Source: Candidatus Rifleibacteriota bacterium
GTDB lineage: Bacteria; Vulcanimicrobiota; Xenobia; Xenobiales; Xenobiaceae
Direction: 5' to 3'
NCBI GenBank assembly: GCA_900772775.1
Contig: CAAGRW010000043.1
Location: forward strand, 62 to 64,061
Length of the DNA: 64,000 nt
How positions within the stretch are numbered: position 1 is the first letter of the stretch; every line of letters starts with the position of its first letter. This document shows, one piece after another, positions 1 to 10,140 of this stretch. Position numbers and translations under genes: made by a program. The notes beneath the pieces are model-generated. The model was not told the DNA's origin. It ran no database searches and worked only from the letters and a program-made list of their open reading frames with translations.

Positions 1-872
1 TTTTTACTGTTGTGCAATATGGCATGGATTCCTGGCGCAGCATTGAGGGACGTACCGTTACGCAAACTATGATGCGTAAAGTGGGCGTTTTTGCTATGGA
101 TGATATTAGGCGAGCCAGCTTCGGTGGTCTCGGCGTGGCCACTTACAAAAATTATAGTCCGAGCAATATAACTAAAGTGGTGACCGGTGCTGATGTAGAT
201 CAGACTAAACAGCCGCAATATGGACAAGCTATATGGATGCTTTCGGCATATAATGATAATAGCGCTATTTCTGGAGGCACAGATCCTGAGGTGGTGAGCG
301 CTTCTGAGCGCTTCTCTCGCAGTGAATCGGGTATTCCCAATTGGAATAAAAATGTAATCTACTACGCATCCACTATTGGCCCCAATTTGCACAAAGAAAA
401 ATACGGCGGAAGTATACAAGACGTTTGTGGTAATGCCGATTCTTGTCCTCATAAATGGTTAATTCGCTGTGAAGTTCCTGGCCAGGCTGCTTTATTAGAT
501 AAATCCAATATTGGCAAATATATTGTGCAACCGGAAACTAATGGCGGTAAAATCAATATCTTTAGTCAGGATCCTTTCAAGCAATGTAAAGTCCAAATTT
601 TAGCAGATTGCATTGTGGCTTTCCGAGTAGTAACTAACAAGCCGGAAGTTACTTTGGTAATTAAATCGGCCCGTTTAGCCGAATTGCGCCGCGCTCAGCA
701 GCAACGTGGTATGGCCTTGGGTAAAGAACTTAAAAACGAAGAGACTGTGACAGATATAACAAATGCTCAGGCTTTGAGAAAGCTCGATACGCTTAGCGGT
801 GCTTCTAATCGTTTAGGGGCTTATACTTTGCAATATGATATAACAGTTATTCCTCGCAATAATATGAAATAA
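1..872 (+). CDS. hypothetical protein, probably a 3'-terminal fragment of a gene that begins upstream of the window (alternative: GTG start at 12)
   Basis: The reading frame is open from the first full codon of the window. The first candidate start is a GTG at 12 with no Shine-Dalgarno ahead of it. No recognisable motifs. It is followed by a strong hairpin terminator. Confidence 0.35.
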   Translation, partial: FTVVQYGMDSWRSIEGRTVTQTMMRKVGVFAMDDIRRASFGGLGVATYKNYSPSNITKVVTGADVDQTKQPQYGQAIWMLSAYNDNSAISGGTDPEVVSASERFSRSESGIPNWNKNVIYYASTIGPNLHKEKYGGSIQDVCGNADSCPHKWLIRCEVPGQAALLDKSNIGKYIVQPETNGGKINIFSQDPFKQCKVQILADCIVAFRVVTNKPEVTLVIKSARLAELRRAQQQRGMALGKELKNEETVTDITNAQALRKLDTLSGASNRLGAYTLQYDITVIPRNNMK

Positions 873-927
873 GAGCTGGATGAGTCCTAGAAGATAGGCG
901 CAAAAAAAAAGCTCTTCTATTCTCAAA

Positions 928-966
928 ATAAAAGGAGCGGTTGTTGAAACCGCTCCTTTTATTTTG
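928..966. terminator. bidirectional rho-independent terminator (9-bp stem GGAGCGGTT/AACCGCTCC, loop GTTGA, A-run upstream, T-run downstream)
   Basis: Perfect inverted repeat at 934-942 / 948-956, flanked by aaaa and ttttatttt. It sits between convergent genes. Confidence 0.7.
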
Positions 967-985
967 TGTGGGCAAAAATTGTGCT

Positions 986-2296
986 TTAGAACATAGTGCT
1001 TTGGTAAGGACGATCTTTTTCCAACCAAGGCTTTATATGTTGGTAACAATCGCGCGGTACCATAAGTAAGCTGCGGCGAACCGGCTCGGAGAGTGCTTCG
1101 ATAGCTCTGGTGCGGCTGGCTTGAGAAATTTCTTTCCAACGATTGTTAGGCGGATTATCTAAAATGCGGATTGGCGAAGTGGCCCTTCCCGGTTGATAAA
1201 TGTCGTAGCCTAAGTTTTGAGGAGTATCTTTATGAAAATACCATTCCCAATTGGAGCCTAAACTCTTTTGCACATATTTTCTTATTCTATCGGTAATGGG
1301 GCCATCACCGGGATCGTCAAAAGCTTTGAATGGACGTCTGCCCAAGAAGCGACGGGAAAGATCGGCCATAACTTCGTCAGGACTTTGGCTCCAAAGTTTT
1401 AAGGTGTGGTAGAAATCGAAATCGTCGATTTGCAAGTAATTATCTAAGAAATTCTCTTCATCTTCTGCTTGGTTGGACTCAAAAAGAAAGCGCAAATTGC
1501 GAGGTAATTCTAAAGATTGAGGGGAGTTTTCGTACAAATAGTGCGCCCTTTTGAGAATAACACGCAATAATGTTTCGTAAGAACGCACTGTTTTATGCAA
1601 ATATACTTGCCAGTGCATAAAGTAGCGACAGAATAAATAACCTTCGACAGCTTCACAACCTTTGTGATCGACAGCACAACAGTATTTGCCTTCGCTGTCT
1701 CTAAGTGGGCGTATAGTGTAAATAATGCGATCTATATCGAAAAGTCCATATTTGGCGCCGGTATAGAGAGAATCGCGTTGCAAATAATCCATGCGATCTA
1801 CATCCAATTGGCTAGAGAGCAATTCGTGAAATACCGGCTGAGGATAAGTGCCCTTCATTATGGCAATGGTATCTTCGACATTAAGTGAATATTTAGCAAA
1901 TAAAGGAGCTAAACGGCGGACTATTCTTAAACTTAGCTCTTCGTGATTTACTTTAGAAAAAGCATTTTCTAAAGCGTGAGAAAAGGGGCCATGGCCTATA
2001 TCGTGCAACAGAGCGGCGGCTTGAGTGGCCAAGATAGTCTCGGGAGCTACTTTCAGCAAGCGATTATCATGCCAATAGGTTAAAATACGTTGCATAAGCC
2101 ACATTGTGCCTATGGAATGCTGAAAGCGAGAATGTTCGGCGCCGTGAAAAACACTGAAGCACATACCCAGCTGGCGTATGCGACGCAGCCTCTGGAACTC
2201 CATAGAGTCGATAAGTTCCAGAATTAAAGGGTGGTTTATGGCTATATTACCATAAAGCGGATCGCGCAATACTTTTTCTTTAAACTTTTTGCTCAT
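986..2296 (-). CDS. HD-domain dNTP triphosphohydrolase (SAMHD1-like / dGTPase-like HD superfamily phosphohydrolase)
   Basis: N-terminus VLRDPLYGNIAINHPLILELIDSMEFQRLRRIRQLG...VFHGAEHSRFQHSIGT closely parallels the SAMHD1/EF1143-family signature (DP.HG.I......I.D...FQRLR.IKQLG...VFPGA.H.RFEHS.G). The HD motif LLHDIGHGPFSH is present. Confidence 0.75.
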   Translation of the reverse strand: MSKKFKEKVLRDPLYGNIAINHPLILELIDSMEFQRLRRIRQLGMCFSVFHGAEHSRFQHSIGTMWLMQRILTYWHDNRLLKVAPETILATQAAALLHDIGHGPFSHALENAFSKVNHEELSLRIVRRLAPLFAKYSLNVEDTIAIMKGTYPQPVFHELLSSQLDVDRMDYLQRDSLYTGAKYGLFDIDRIIYTIRPLRDSEGKYCCAVDHKGCEAVEGYLFCRYFMHWQVYLHKTVRSYETLLRVILKRAHYLYENSPQSLELPRNLRFLFESNQAEDEENFLDNYLQIDDFDFYHTLKLWSQSPDEVMADLSRRFLGRRPFKAFDDPGDGPITDRIRKYVQKSLGSNWEWYFHKDTPQNLGYDIYQPGRATSPIRILDNPPNNRWKEISQASRTRAIEALSEPVRRSLLMVPRDCYQHIKPWLEKDRPYQSTMF

Positions 2297-2410
2297 AGTC
2301 GGCGACGGCAGCTACTTTTTGTTAATTTTTTTCTAGGTACGGTCTAAAGCAAATCGCTTTATATGTTGGTGAGGTAAGCTCTGTCACTAGAAAAATTAAA
2401 ACTGCTTTCG

Positions 2411-3028
2411 CTATATCTTGTGGTTTTCCTTAATTTTGTGATATTTATTGCGACGGCTTTGCATACGTTGAGTGCGTTTGGTAGTGGGACGGCTGCGTGG
2501 AATGGACAACTCGGCGGAATCGTTCTTGTCTACCAATTCAGGTATAGATATATCAAAATCGTCTTGTAAACTTGTGTGTAAACTGGATAAGCTGGGATTG
2601 ATAACCCCTTTAGATAAAGCTGTCCCCATAAGCATACCTACAGCTATACCGCTGGCTATAAGCATAGCGTTCATGCCATCTTGCAAAGCCAAATCGGTCT
2701 GACCTCGAATAATATTTGTCATGGCGTTGTAGGTAAGAATTCCCGGTACCAAGGGAAATATGCCTGGCAATACAAAAACGGTGGAAGGCATACGCAAAGC
2801 CCTGGCCAAACTTTCGCTACACAAAGAAATGGTAAGTGTACCGACAAAGCCACAATATATAGGGCCTATTCCCCAAGTACCCATCATATAGTTGACTTGC
2901 CAACCCAAAAGACCGGCTAAAGTACAACCAAGAATTGCTCGTACCGGAATGCGAAAAAATACGGCGCAACCGACCAAGCCCAGAATAGCTCCAAACCAAC
3001 CGATAAAGAAATCGCTCATAAGAACCAT
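2411..3028 (-). CDS. threonine/serine exporter family protein, small subunit (YjjB-like; the second half of a split ThrE pair)
   Basis: A 205-aa polytopic membrane protein that overlaps the upstream YjjP-like gene by 13 bp. Typical YjjB/ThrE_2 hydrophobic pattern. Confidence 0.6.
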   Translation of the reverse strand: MVLMSDFFIGWFGAILGLVGCAVFFRIPVRAILGCTLAGLLGWQVNYMMGTWGIGPIYCGFVGTLTISLCSESLARALRMPSTVFVLPGIFPLVPGILTYNAMTNIIRGQTDLALQDGMNAMLIASGIAVGMLMGTALSKGVINPSLSSLHTSLQDDFDISIPELVDKNDSAELSIPRSRPTTKRTQRMQSRRNKYHKIKENHKI

Positions 3029-3783
3029 TGCCCCATGCTCATGCCTACTACTGCTCCGGCTGCCAAGGCTGCGCTAGTGAGGACAGCGTCGGTAGTACGA
3101 GCAATGCCGGCCAATAACTCACCGGCCATAAGGTCGGCTATAGCGTTTGTTAGAGCTAAACCGGGCAACAGGGGCACCATTCCGGCAATCACTATAGCGC
3201 GATGTTCTACGCTGGAAAAAAATAGACACCAAATATCGGCGAAAATAGTAACGGCCAATCCGTTGAGAAATACCATTAAAAATGGTGCTAGTTTAGCGCA
3301 TTTTAGCTCTACATATTTGGCTAACAGTCCAACTAGCAGTGAAGGTATAATCGAAATTAAATTGCCGGCGATCATCATACCGAAACCAGCACAACAAATA
3401 GCCTGAAATATATACATGGTAGTTTGGCTGTATAGCGGAGCTTTGCGGATTAGTTCGTCTACGGCTTTATCGGCGCTTTGAAAAGAAATTTTGCCTGCAG
3501 CCAGATCGCGAGAAATAGAGTTGATGGCGATAACTTTGGCCAGATCGATAGTGCGATTTTTTACTCTGGTGACGATAGTGATGGTGCGCTCACGGCCCAC
3601 GGTGACGGTAATGCCGGTTGGTGTGGCGTAGCTTTCGACCGGCGTGCCGCAAGCGTGGCCAATGTGTTCTACGGTAGTTTCCACTCGATTGGTCTCTGCT
3701 CCGGAAGCCATTAGCACTTTGGCTGATTTTAGGCATAGACCGGCAATTTTACGCAGAGCATTTTTAGAACACAACTTGGCCAT
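3016..3783 (-). CDS. threonine/serine exporter family protein (YjjP-like, DUF1212/ThrE N-terminal part)
   Basis: A soluble N-terminal region followed by TM helices. It is translationally coupled with the downstream YjjB-like gene. Confidence 0.6.
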   Translation of the reverse strand: MAKLCSKNALRKIAGLCLKSAKVLMASGAETNRVETTVEHIGHACGTPVESYATPTGITVTVGRERTITIVTRVKNRTIDLAKVIAINSISRDLAAGKISFQSADKAVDELIRKAPLYSQTTMYIFQAICCAGFGMMIAGNLISIIPSLLVGLLAKYVELKCAKLAPFLMVFLNGLAVTIFADIWCLFFSSVEHRAIVIAGMVPLLPGLALTNAIADLMAGELLAGIARTTDAVLTSAALAAGAVVGMSMGQWFL

Positions 3784-3841
3784 CGATAATTGCAGCAGCC
3801 CTTTCTATATAAAGGCGTTTTTTATAATTTTTAGTTTGAAA

Positions 3842-5014
3842 CTAACGTTGAACTTCGTTCGTTTCGGCTTTGGCTTCGATTTCCTTGTAATTGGCCGGCT
3901 CGGCAAAAAGCGCATCTAAGAAAAGATCGGGATCAAACTCACGCAAATCGTCAGCTGCTTCACCTACGCCTATGTAGCGCACCGGTAAATGGAACTCTTC
4001 GCCAACGGCAATAACCACTCCGCCTTTGCCTGTTCCGTCCAACTTGCACATAACCACGCCGCTTAACTCTACGGCACGGTTAAATACTTTGGCTTGCTCT
4101 AAAGCATTTTGACCTGTGGTCGCATCGACAACTAACCAAGTTTCGTGAGGAGCACCCGGGCAAGCTTTGTCGCATACACGCCTAATTTTGCCCAACTCTT
4201 CCATAAGGTTGACCTTGTTGTGTAAGCGGCCGGCTGTATCGATAATTACTAAATCGCAACCGCGTGCTTGAGCCGCTTTTATAGCGTCGAAGACCACCGC
4301 ACTGGGATCGGAGCCTTCTTGATGGCTGACTAAATCGACTCCGATCTTATCCGCCCAAGATTGGAGTTGGTCTATGGCTGCTGCTCTAAAAGTATCGGCG
4401 GCTGCCAAAATGACTTTGTGGCCGTCAGCTTTGAATTTTGCCGCCAATTTGGCTGCTGTAGTTGTTTTGCCTACACCGTTGACGCCTACCATCATGACAA
4501 CCTTAAGCTCGCCCGGTTGCAAATCTAAACCGCACTTTTCTCCCTTGTGCTGGCGTAAAATGTCGCTCAAAATAGATTTCATTTCGGTCAACAAATCGCT
4601 AGGTCGGCTGATTTTCTTACTTTTTTGGGCTTTTTTAAGTCGGTCGAGAATATCGGCTGAGGCTGTCAGTCCCACATCTGCTGTCAATAAGATACTTTCC
4701 AGTTCATCCCAAAAATCTTCGTCAATCTTATTAGAAGAGGAAAATAAGCCACTGACTCTGTCTACAAATTGACGACGTGTTTTGTCTAACCCTTTGGCCA
4801 TTTTGTTGAACCAAGGATCGACAGGCGTTAAGGCCAACTCTTTAGCGCTGTCTAAAAAGCCGCGCAAACCTTTTTTGGTGTTTTGATCTTGAGAGGCCGT
4901 TTCCGAATTGGGCTCGGAAGATACCGGAGGCTCGGAAACTACCGGAGTAGCCTGTTCAGTATTGTTTTGAGGGGGAGCTTTTTCTTCTTTGTTGCGTTTG
5001 AACCAATTAAACAT
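3842..5014 (-). CDS. ftsY: signal recognition particle receptor FtsY
   Basis: An acidic, disordered N-terminus followed by the NG domain: GVNGVGKTTTAAKLA, DTAGR and the SRP-GTPase motifs. Confidence 0.9.
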   Translation of the reverse strand: MFNWFKRNKEEKAPPQNNTEQATPVVSEPPVSSEPNSETASQDQNTKKGLRGFLDSAKELALTPVDPWFNKMAKGLDKTRRQFVDRVSGLFSSSNKIDEDFWDELESILLTADVGLTASADILDRLKKAQKSKKISRPSDLLTEMKSILSDILRQHKGEKCGLDLQPGELKVVMMVGVNGVGKTTTAAKLAAKFKADGHKVILAAADTFRAAAIDQLQSWADKIGVDLVSHQEGSDPSAVVFDAIKAAQARGCDLVIIDTAGRLHNKVNLMEELGKIRRVCDKACPGAPHETWLVVDATTGQNALEQAKVFNRAVELSGVVMCKLDGTGKGGVVIAVGEEFHLPVRYIGVGEAADDLREFDPDLFLDALFAEPANYKEIEAKAETNEVQR

Positions 5015-5236
5015 GATATTCCTATTAAAACAGTAGTGAATCTTCTTTTAGGGAAACTCAAAACCGATTGTCATTTTTTCTTAGTGTGAGTATAAGCTGA
5101 TCTTATTAGCCCTTCTATTTTGACTAACTGCATCTTTTTGCCTTCTCTTTTTGCATAAAAGGGGGGAGACCTTCGCTTGTATGGCAAATAATGTCCACAA
5201 TTTATTACCTGTCATATCGTAGAAAGGGGCCATATT

Positions 5237-5887
5237 ATGGGCATTTTGACTCCATTAGTCTTTGTCGGAGCGGATAAAGTAGCTTTAATTAAGGAAAATA
5301 TTCTTACTCCTCCCGATCCGGCCGTATTGCCCTGGTCTCCTATGCCTCGCCTGGATGAAAAAGCCATAGAACTTAAAGAACGTCAGGAAGAAGCTAAAAA
5401 ACAACAGGAAGCCCAACGGGCTGAAGCCATCAAACGCACCTATTCACAACCAGGATTGGGTGGCCCTTCGCTGTTTGGAAATGCACTTGGCAAATCCCAT
5501 TCTACTACCGGCTCTGCAGAAGGGTTCGCTTTTTCTTCACCTGCCCCAGCTCGGAAACCAAATTTGAGTGGAGCCTTGCGCAAATTAGAAGAAGCTCGTC
5601 CGCAAACGGCTTCTATGAATTTACCTGATTCTGAGGTCCCTCCGGGATTTGCCGATCTTACCGATTCGGAAATGCCTCCTGGTTTTGCGGCTATTGAGCG
5701 TAAGGCTGAAGAGAAAAAACAAACAGAAAGCGGTATGTTCGGTCATGTAGAAGGGGTGCCCAGACGTCGTCCTCGCAATGAAGATCGAGATGAACGAGAA
5801 AAAACGTCTTCAGAGCGCCATCGTCGTGCTTCCCGCAATCAAGAAATAAACTTGAACTTCTTGAAGACTCAAATATTCGGTAATTAA
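5237..5887 (+). CDS. hypothetical low-complexity protein with tandem E[VM]PPGF motifs and an Arg-rich C-terminus
   Basis: A good SD (AAAGGGG) sits 8 nt upstream. The protein is predicted to be disordered. It carries SEVPPGFADLTDSEMPPGFAAIE. It lies 28 bp upstream of copA on the same strand. Confidence 0.5.
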   Translation: MGILTPLVFVGADKVALIKENILTPPDPAVLPWSPMPRLDEKAIELKERQEEAKKQQEAQRAEAIKRTYSQPGLGGPSLFGNALGKSHSTTGSAEGFAFSSPAPARKPNLSGALRKLEEARPQTASMNLPDSEVPPGFADLTDSEMPPGFAAIERKAEEKKQTESGMFGHVEGVPRRRPRNEDRDEREKTSSERHRRASRNQEINLNFLKTQIFGN

Positions 5888-5915
5888 TTTTTTTTGCATT
5901 TCTAAAGGGAACAAA

Positions 5916-8591
5916 TTGAATATGGCTGCCAGAGGTGACAAATTCCTTATTACCGGTATGGCTTGTGCTGCTTGTCAAGCTCATGTTAGCAAAGCTATTT
6001 CTGCTTTGGATGGAGTGGATCAAGCCGAGGTAAATTTACTTTCCGGTACAGCGCGGGTTTTTTACAAAGATAAGCCTTGTCCGGCTGAAGTAATTAAAGC
6101 TATACAAGAAGCCGGATACCAAGCCGAACTCTTAAAAGATGACAGTGTTTGGCAAGAAAATAGTCGTCAAAGGCGCTCTGAAGCCGCCAAAAGCGAACAG
6201 CATTCTCTGGCAATACGCTGTATTTGTACTTTTATACTTCTGTTGCCTCTATTAGCTTGCAGTACTTCAGTCATGTTTGGCTGGCCTATAGACATTGTGC
6301 GCATGGTTCCCGAACCGATAATTTTGTGGTTTGTGGTTTTTCAATGTGCTTTGGCCTTGCTGGCTATGCTGATAAACGTAAAAATATTTATCAGTGGCTT
6401 TAAGGGCTTAATTTCCGGAGCCCCCAATATGGATGCTCTGGTATGTATGGGAACGCTAGCTTCTTTCGCTTATAGCGTTTTCAATTTGTGGTCTATTGAC
6501 AAAATTCTGGGCTTGATATCTTCTTCTAAGTTAGATTGTGCTACTTTCTTAGCCGAAACTTTGCAGCAATACCTTTCGGCCACCTATTTTGACAGTTGCG
6601 CTTTCATATTGTTTTTTGTCACGCTGGGCAAATATTTAGAGGGGCGGGCTAAAGCTAAAACTTCTTTAGCTTTGGAAAAGCTAGCCGATTTAGCTCCTAA
6701 AACAGCACTGATAAAAAAATCCGATGGTTCGGAAGAGGAGCGCCCGGTAGGTTTAGTCTCGGTTGGCGATACTGTCATTATGAAACCTGGTCAGACTGTA
6801 CCTGTGGATGGCATTATTGTCTCTGGCTCCAGCTCTTTAGACGAATCGGCTCTAACTGGAGAAAGTTTACCGGTAGTTAAGCATGTCGGTGATGTAGCTC
6901 TTTCTGGTTCGGTAAATTGCGAAGGACGTTTTGAATTTGTAGCTTCTCAAGTTGGAGCCGATACTACTTTGGCTCAAATCATTCGTTTGGTAGACGAAGC
7001 TTCCAATTCTAAGGCGTCCAGTGCTCGCTTGGCTGATAAGGTTAGCAGCGTCTTTGTACCTGTTGTTTTTACTTTGGCGCTTATAACCGGTTTGCTTTGG
7101 TATTATGTGCCTTTGTGGCTGGACTTAGCAGAATCGGTTTATTGGGGTACCGCTTTAAAGTATGCCGTATCTGTTTTAGTAGTTGCTTGTCCCTGTGCTT
7201 TGGGGTTGGCTTCTCCGGTAGCCATTATGGTAGGCATGGGTAGAGCGGCTCAATTTGGTATTTTGGTACGCAATGCCCAAAGTTTAGAAGAGCTGAGCTC
7301 AGCTAAAGCGGTTATTTTTGACAAAACTGGTACCCTCACCGAAGGCAAACCGGCTATTATTGATTATCAGTCTTTTTGCGAAGATAAATACAGCCGAGAA
7401 CAAGTGTTGGCTTACGCTTTGTCTTTAGAGCAAAATAGTCGCCATCCTTTGGCAATAGCAGTTACAAAGGCAGCTCAAGACAAAGGTTTGAGCGCTCTTT
7501 CAGTAGACAATTTCAAAGAAGTAGTTGGCGGTGGCGTCGAAGCTCTTATAGAAAAACAAATTTGGAAAATAGGCAGTCGCGGCTACATGGCTAAAAATAT
7601 TATGGCCGATTGTAGCTCCGGAAAATTGCAGCGCATCAACGAATATGAAGCTCAGGGCTATAGCATTCTTTATTTAGCCAATCAAAAAGACAATTTGGTT
7701 GGTATTATCGTATTGGCGGATCAACTTCGCCCTGACAGCATTGAAGCTGTACAAAGTTTGCATGAATTAGGTATAAAGGCTATCGTTTTGACTGGCGATA
7801 GGCAAGCGACTGCTGAAAGAATAGCCGAAGAAGTAAAGGCCGATGCTCTCTATGCCGAGGTTTTACCTAGTCAAAAAGCTGACGTTGTCAAAAAATACAA
7901 AGACGAAGTTGGCAAAATTATTGTGGTTGGTGATGGCATCAATGATGCGCCAGCTCTGAAAATCGCCGACGTTGGCGTGGCTGTAGGTACTGGTATTGAT
8001 ATAGCAGTTGAAGCGGCCGATGTTGTCTTAATGAAAAATTCTTTGCTGGATGTTGTTAGAGCTATTGAACTAAGTCGAGCCGTTTTGAGCAATATACGCC
8101 AGAATCTGTTCTGGGCCTTTGCTTATAATGTTTTAGCTATTCCTGTGGCAGCAGGTGTATTTAGCCCTTGGGGCATTGAGCTTACCCCCTCTTTAGCCGC
8201 TTTGGCCATGAGTTTAAGTTCAGTAACTGTAGTTGGCAATGCCTTGCGTTTAAATGGTTTTTATCCTGGTCTTATAGGGAAGGTAAAGCATAAGCGCTCT
8301 GTCGCTTCCCAAAAAGCAAGCTCTACATCTTTGACCAACAAAAAACAAGAAGAAATTAAGCCGGAGGAAAAGACTATGACTAAGATTCTTTATGTTGACG
8401 GAATGATGTGCGAAAAATGTGAAATGCACGTTACCAAAGCTCTTGAAAGTATTGAAGGCGTGAAAGTCAGCCGTATTGAGCGTGCACAAAAAATAGTCGC
8501 TGTGGAGTTAAGTAGTGGAGAAATTTCCGAAGAGACGTTGCGCGAAGCGGTAGAAAAAGCTGGCTATAAAGTGGAGAATATCGTTGGCTGA
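5916..8591 (+). CDS. copA: copper-translocating P1B-type ATPase with an N-terminal and an additional C-terminal HMA metal-binding domain
   Basis: N-terminal HMA (GMACAACQ), the CPC transmembrane motif (VVACPCALGLASP), DKTGTLT, GDGINDAP, and a C-terminal HMA (DGMMCEKCE). Confidence 0.9.
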   Translation: MNMAARGDKFLITGMACAACQAHVSKAISALDGVDQAEVNLLSGTARVFYKDKPCPAEVIKAIQEAGYQAELLKDDSVWQENSRQRRSEAAKSEQHSLAIRCICTFILLLPLLACSTSVMFGWPIDIVRMVPEPIILWFVVFQCALALLAMLINVKIFISGFKGLISGAPNMDALVCMGTLASFAYSVFNLWSIDKILGLISSSKLDCATFLAETLQQYLSATYFDSCAFILFFVTLGKYLEGRAKAKTSLALEKLADLAPKTALIKKSDGSEEERPVGLVSVGDTVIMKPGQTVPVDGIIVSGSSSLDESALTGESLPVVKHVGDVALSGSVNCEGRFEFVASQVGADTTLAQIIRLVDEASNSKASSARLADKVSSVFVPVVFTLALITGLLWYYVPLWLDLAESVYWGTALKYAVSVLVVACPCALGLASPVAIMVGMGRAAQFGILVRNAQSLEELSSAKAVIFDKTGTLTEGKPAIIDYQSFCEDKYSREQVLAYALSLEQNSRHPLAIAVTKAAQDKGLSALSVDNFKEVVGGGVEALIEKQIWKIGSRGYMAKNIMADCSSGKLQRINEYEAQGYSILYLANQKDNLVGIIVLADQLRPDSIEAVQSLHELGIKAIVLTGDRQATAERIAEEVKADALYAEVLPSQKADVVKKYKDEVGKIIVVGDGINDAPALKIADVGVAVGTGIDIAVEAADVVLMKNSLLDVVRAIELSRAVLSNIRQNLFWAFAYNVLAIPVAAGVFSPWGIELTPSLAALAMSLSSVTVVGNALRLNGFYPGLIGKVKHKRSVASQKASSTSLTNKKQEEIKPEEKTMTKILYVDGMMCEKCEMHVTKALESIEGVKVSRIERAQKIVAVELSSGEISEETLREAVEKAGYKVENIVG

Positions 8592-8711
8592 CTTAGAACA
8601 TTATAAGTAGGAGTAGGTTTGCCAATTGTTTGGGCGAAAATAGGCAGGAAATCGTTTACGAACGCCCTAAAAGGTTGGCCTTTCACTTAAAATCGGAGGG
8701 TAGAGCGCTAT

Positions 8712-9983
8712 ATGTTAAAGCACGTTTGGTCAGTTGATCCTGAAGTGGCTCAGGCTATTTATAACGAAACTTGCCGTCAGGCTGAAACTTTAGAAATGAT
8801 CGCTTCGGAAAATTTTGTCAGTGAGGCTGTATTAGAAGCTCAAGGCAGCATTTTAACTAACAAATATGCCGAAGGTTATCCTGGCAAGCGCTACTACGGT
8901 GGATGCGAAAACGTCGATATTATTGAAAACTTAGCTAGAGAGCGGGCGTGTGCTATTTTTGGCGCCGATCATGCCAACGTGCAGCCCCATTCCGGATCTT
9001 CTGCCAATCTGGCAGCCTACTACTCGATTGCTTCCCATGGCGATACCATTATGGGTATGGCTTTAGCCCATGGTGGACACCTTACTCACGGACACAAAGT
9101 TAATTTTAGTGGTTCCCATTTTAATGTAGTTCAATATGGCTTAAATCCGGAAACTGAGCTTATCGACTATGAAGCGATGCGTCGCTTGGCTTTGGAAGCT
9201 AGGCCTAAAGTTATTTTGGCCGGCTCGAGTGCTTATCCCAGAGAAATAGAATTCGCTCCTTTTAGAGCTGTGGCCGATGAAGTTGGCGCCAAGCTTATGG
9301 TAGATATGGCCCACTTTGCCGGTTTGGTGGCCGCCGGTTTACACCAAAATCCTGTGCCTGTGGCTGATATCGTGACCACAACTACGCATAAAACTTTGCG
9401 TGGTCCTCGCGGCGGTATGATTTTATGTAAGGCTGAGTTGGCCAAAGCTGTCGATAAAAATGTTTTCCCCGGCTATCAGGGCGGCCCCTTGGAGCATGTT
9501 ATTGCCGGTAAGGCTGTAGCTTTTAAAGAAGCTCAACAAGACTCATTTAAAGAATATCAACGTCATATTGTGGCTAATGCCAGAGCTTTGGCCAAAGTGT
9601 TGGCCGATGGCGGAGCTCGCTTAATTTCTGGTGGTACCGATACACATCTGATTTTGGTCGACGTAACTCCTTTAGGCTTAACTGGACGTGAAGCCGAAAA
9701 TGCTTTACACAATGCTGGCATTACCGTCAACAAAAATGCCATACCTTTTGATAGCAATCCTCCTGCCATTACCAGCGGTATCCGTTTAGGTACTCCTGCC
9801 TTAACTACTCGCGGTATGGGCATTGCGCAAATGGAACGTATTGGCGCTTGGATTTTAGAGGTTTTGAACGCTCCTCAAGACGCCGATTTAGCTGCAAGGG
9901 TGCGTCGTGAAGTGGGAGAACTTTGTCAAGAGTTCCCTCTTTATGCTCAGCGTTTGCAAGATGATCGTCGTGACGATGCTTAA
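8712..9983 (+). CDS. glyA: serine hydroxymethyltransferase
   Basis: PLP-lysine motif [14 protein letters not shown]. Full-length SHMT pattern. Confidence 0.92.
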   Translation: MLKHVWSVDPEVAQAIYNETCRQAETLEMIASENFVSEAVLEAQGSILTNKYAEGYPGKRYYGGCENVDIIENLARERACAIFGADHANVQPHSGSSANLAAYYSIASHGDTIMGMALAHGGHLTHGHKVNFSGSHFNVVQYGLNPETELIDYEAMRRLALEARPKVILAGSSAYPREIEFAPFRAVADEVGAKLMVDMAHFAGLVAAGLHQNPVPVADIVTTTTHKTLRGPRGGMILCKAELAKAVDKNVFPGYQGGPLEHVIAGKAVAFKEAQQDSFKEYQRHIVANARALAKVLADGGARLISGGTDTHLILVDVTPLGLTGREAENALHNAGITVNKNAIPFDSNPPAITSGIRLGTPALTTRGMGIAQMERIGAWILEVLNAPQDADLAARVRREVGELCQEFPLYAQRLQDDRRDDA

Positions 9984-10140
9984 TTTTCTGCAAATTTAAC
10001 TTTTGATTTTTTTTACAGGGAGGCTGCTTGGAGCCATTATCTTTGTTAAAAAATGGGCAAAGGTAAAGAGGGCTTAGGGAGCAGCTTTCCGATTAAAAAG
10101 CAAACAATCTATGCTTAATATCCTTTCGGAGGTTCTTAGT

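Noticed and set aside
8592-8711. Possible riboswitch (glycine/ZTP) upstream of glyA
   Set aside because: It contains a GGGCG...CGCCC hairpin, but none of the conserved ZTP (pfl) or glycine-riboswitch core sequences could be matched by eye.
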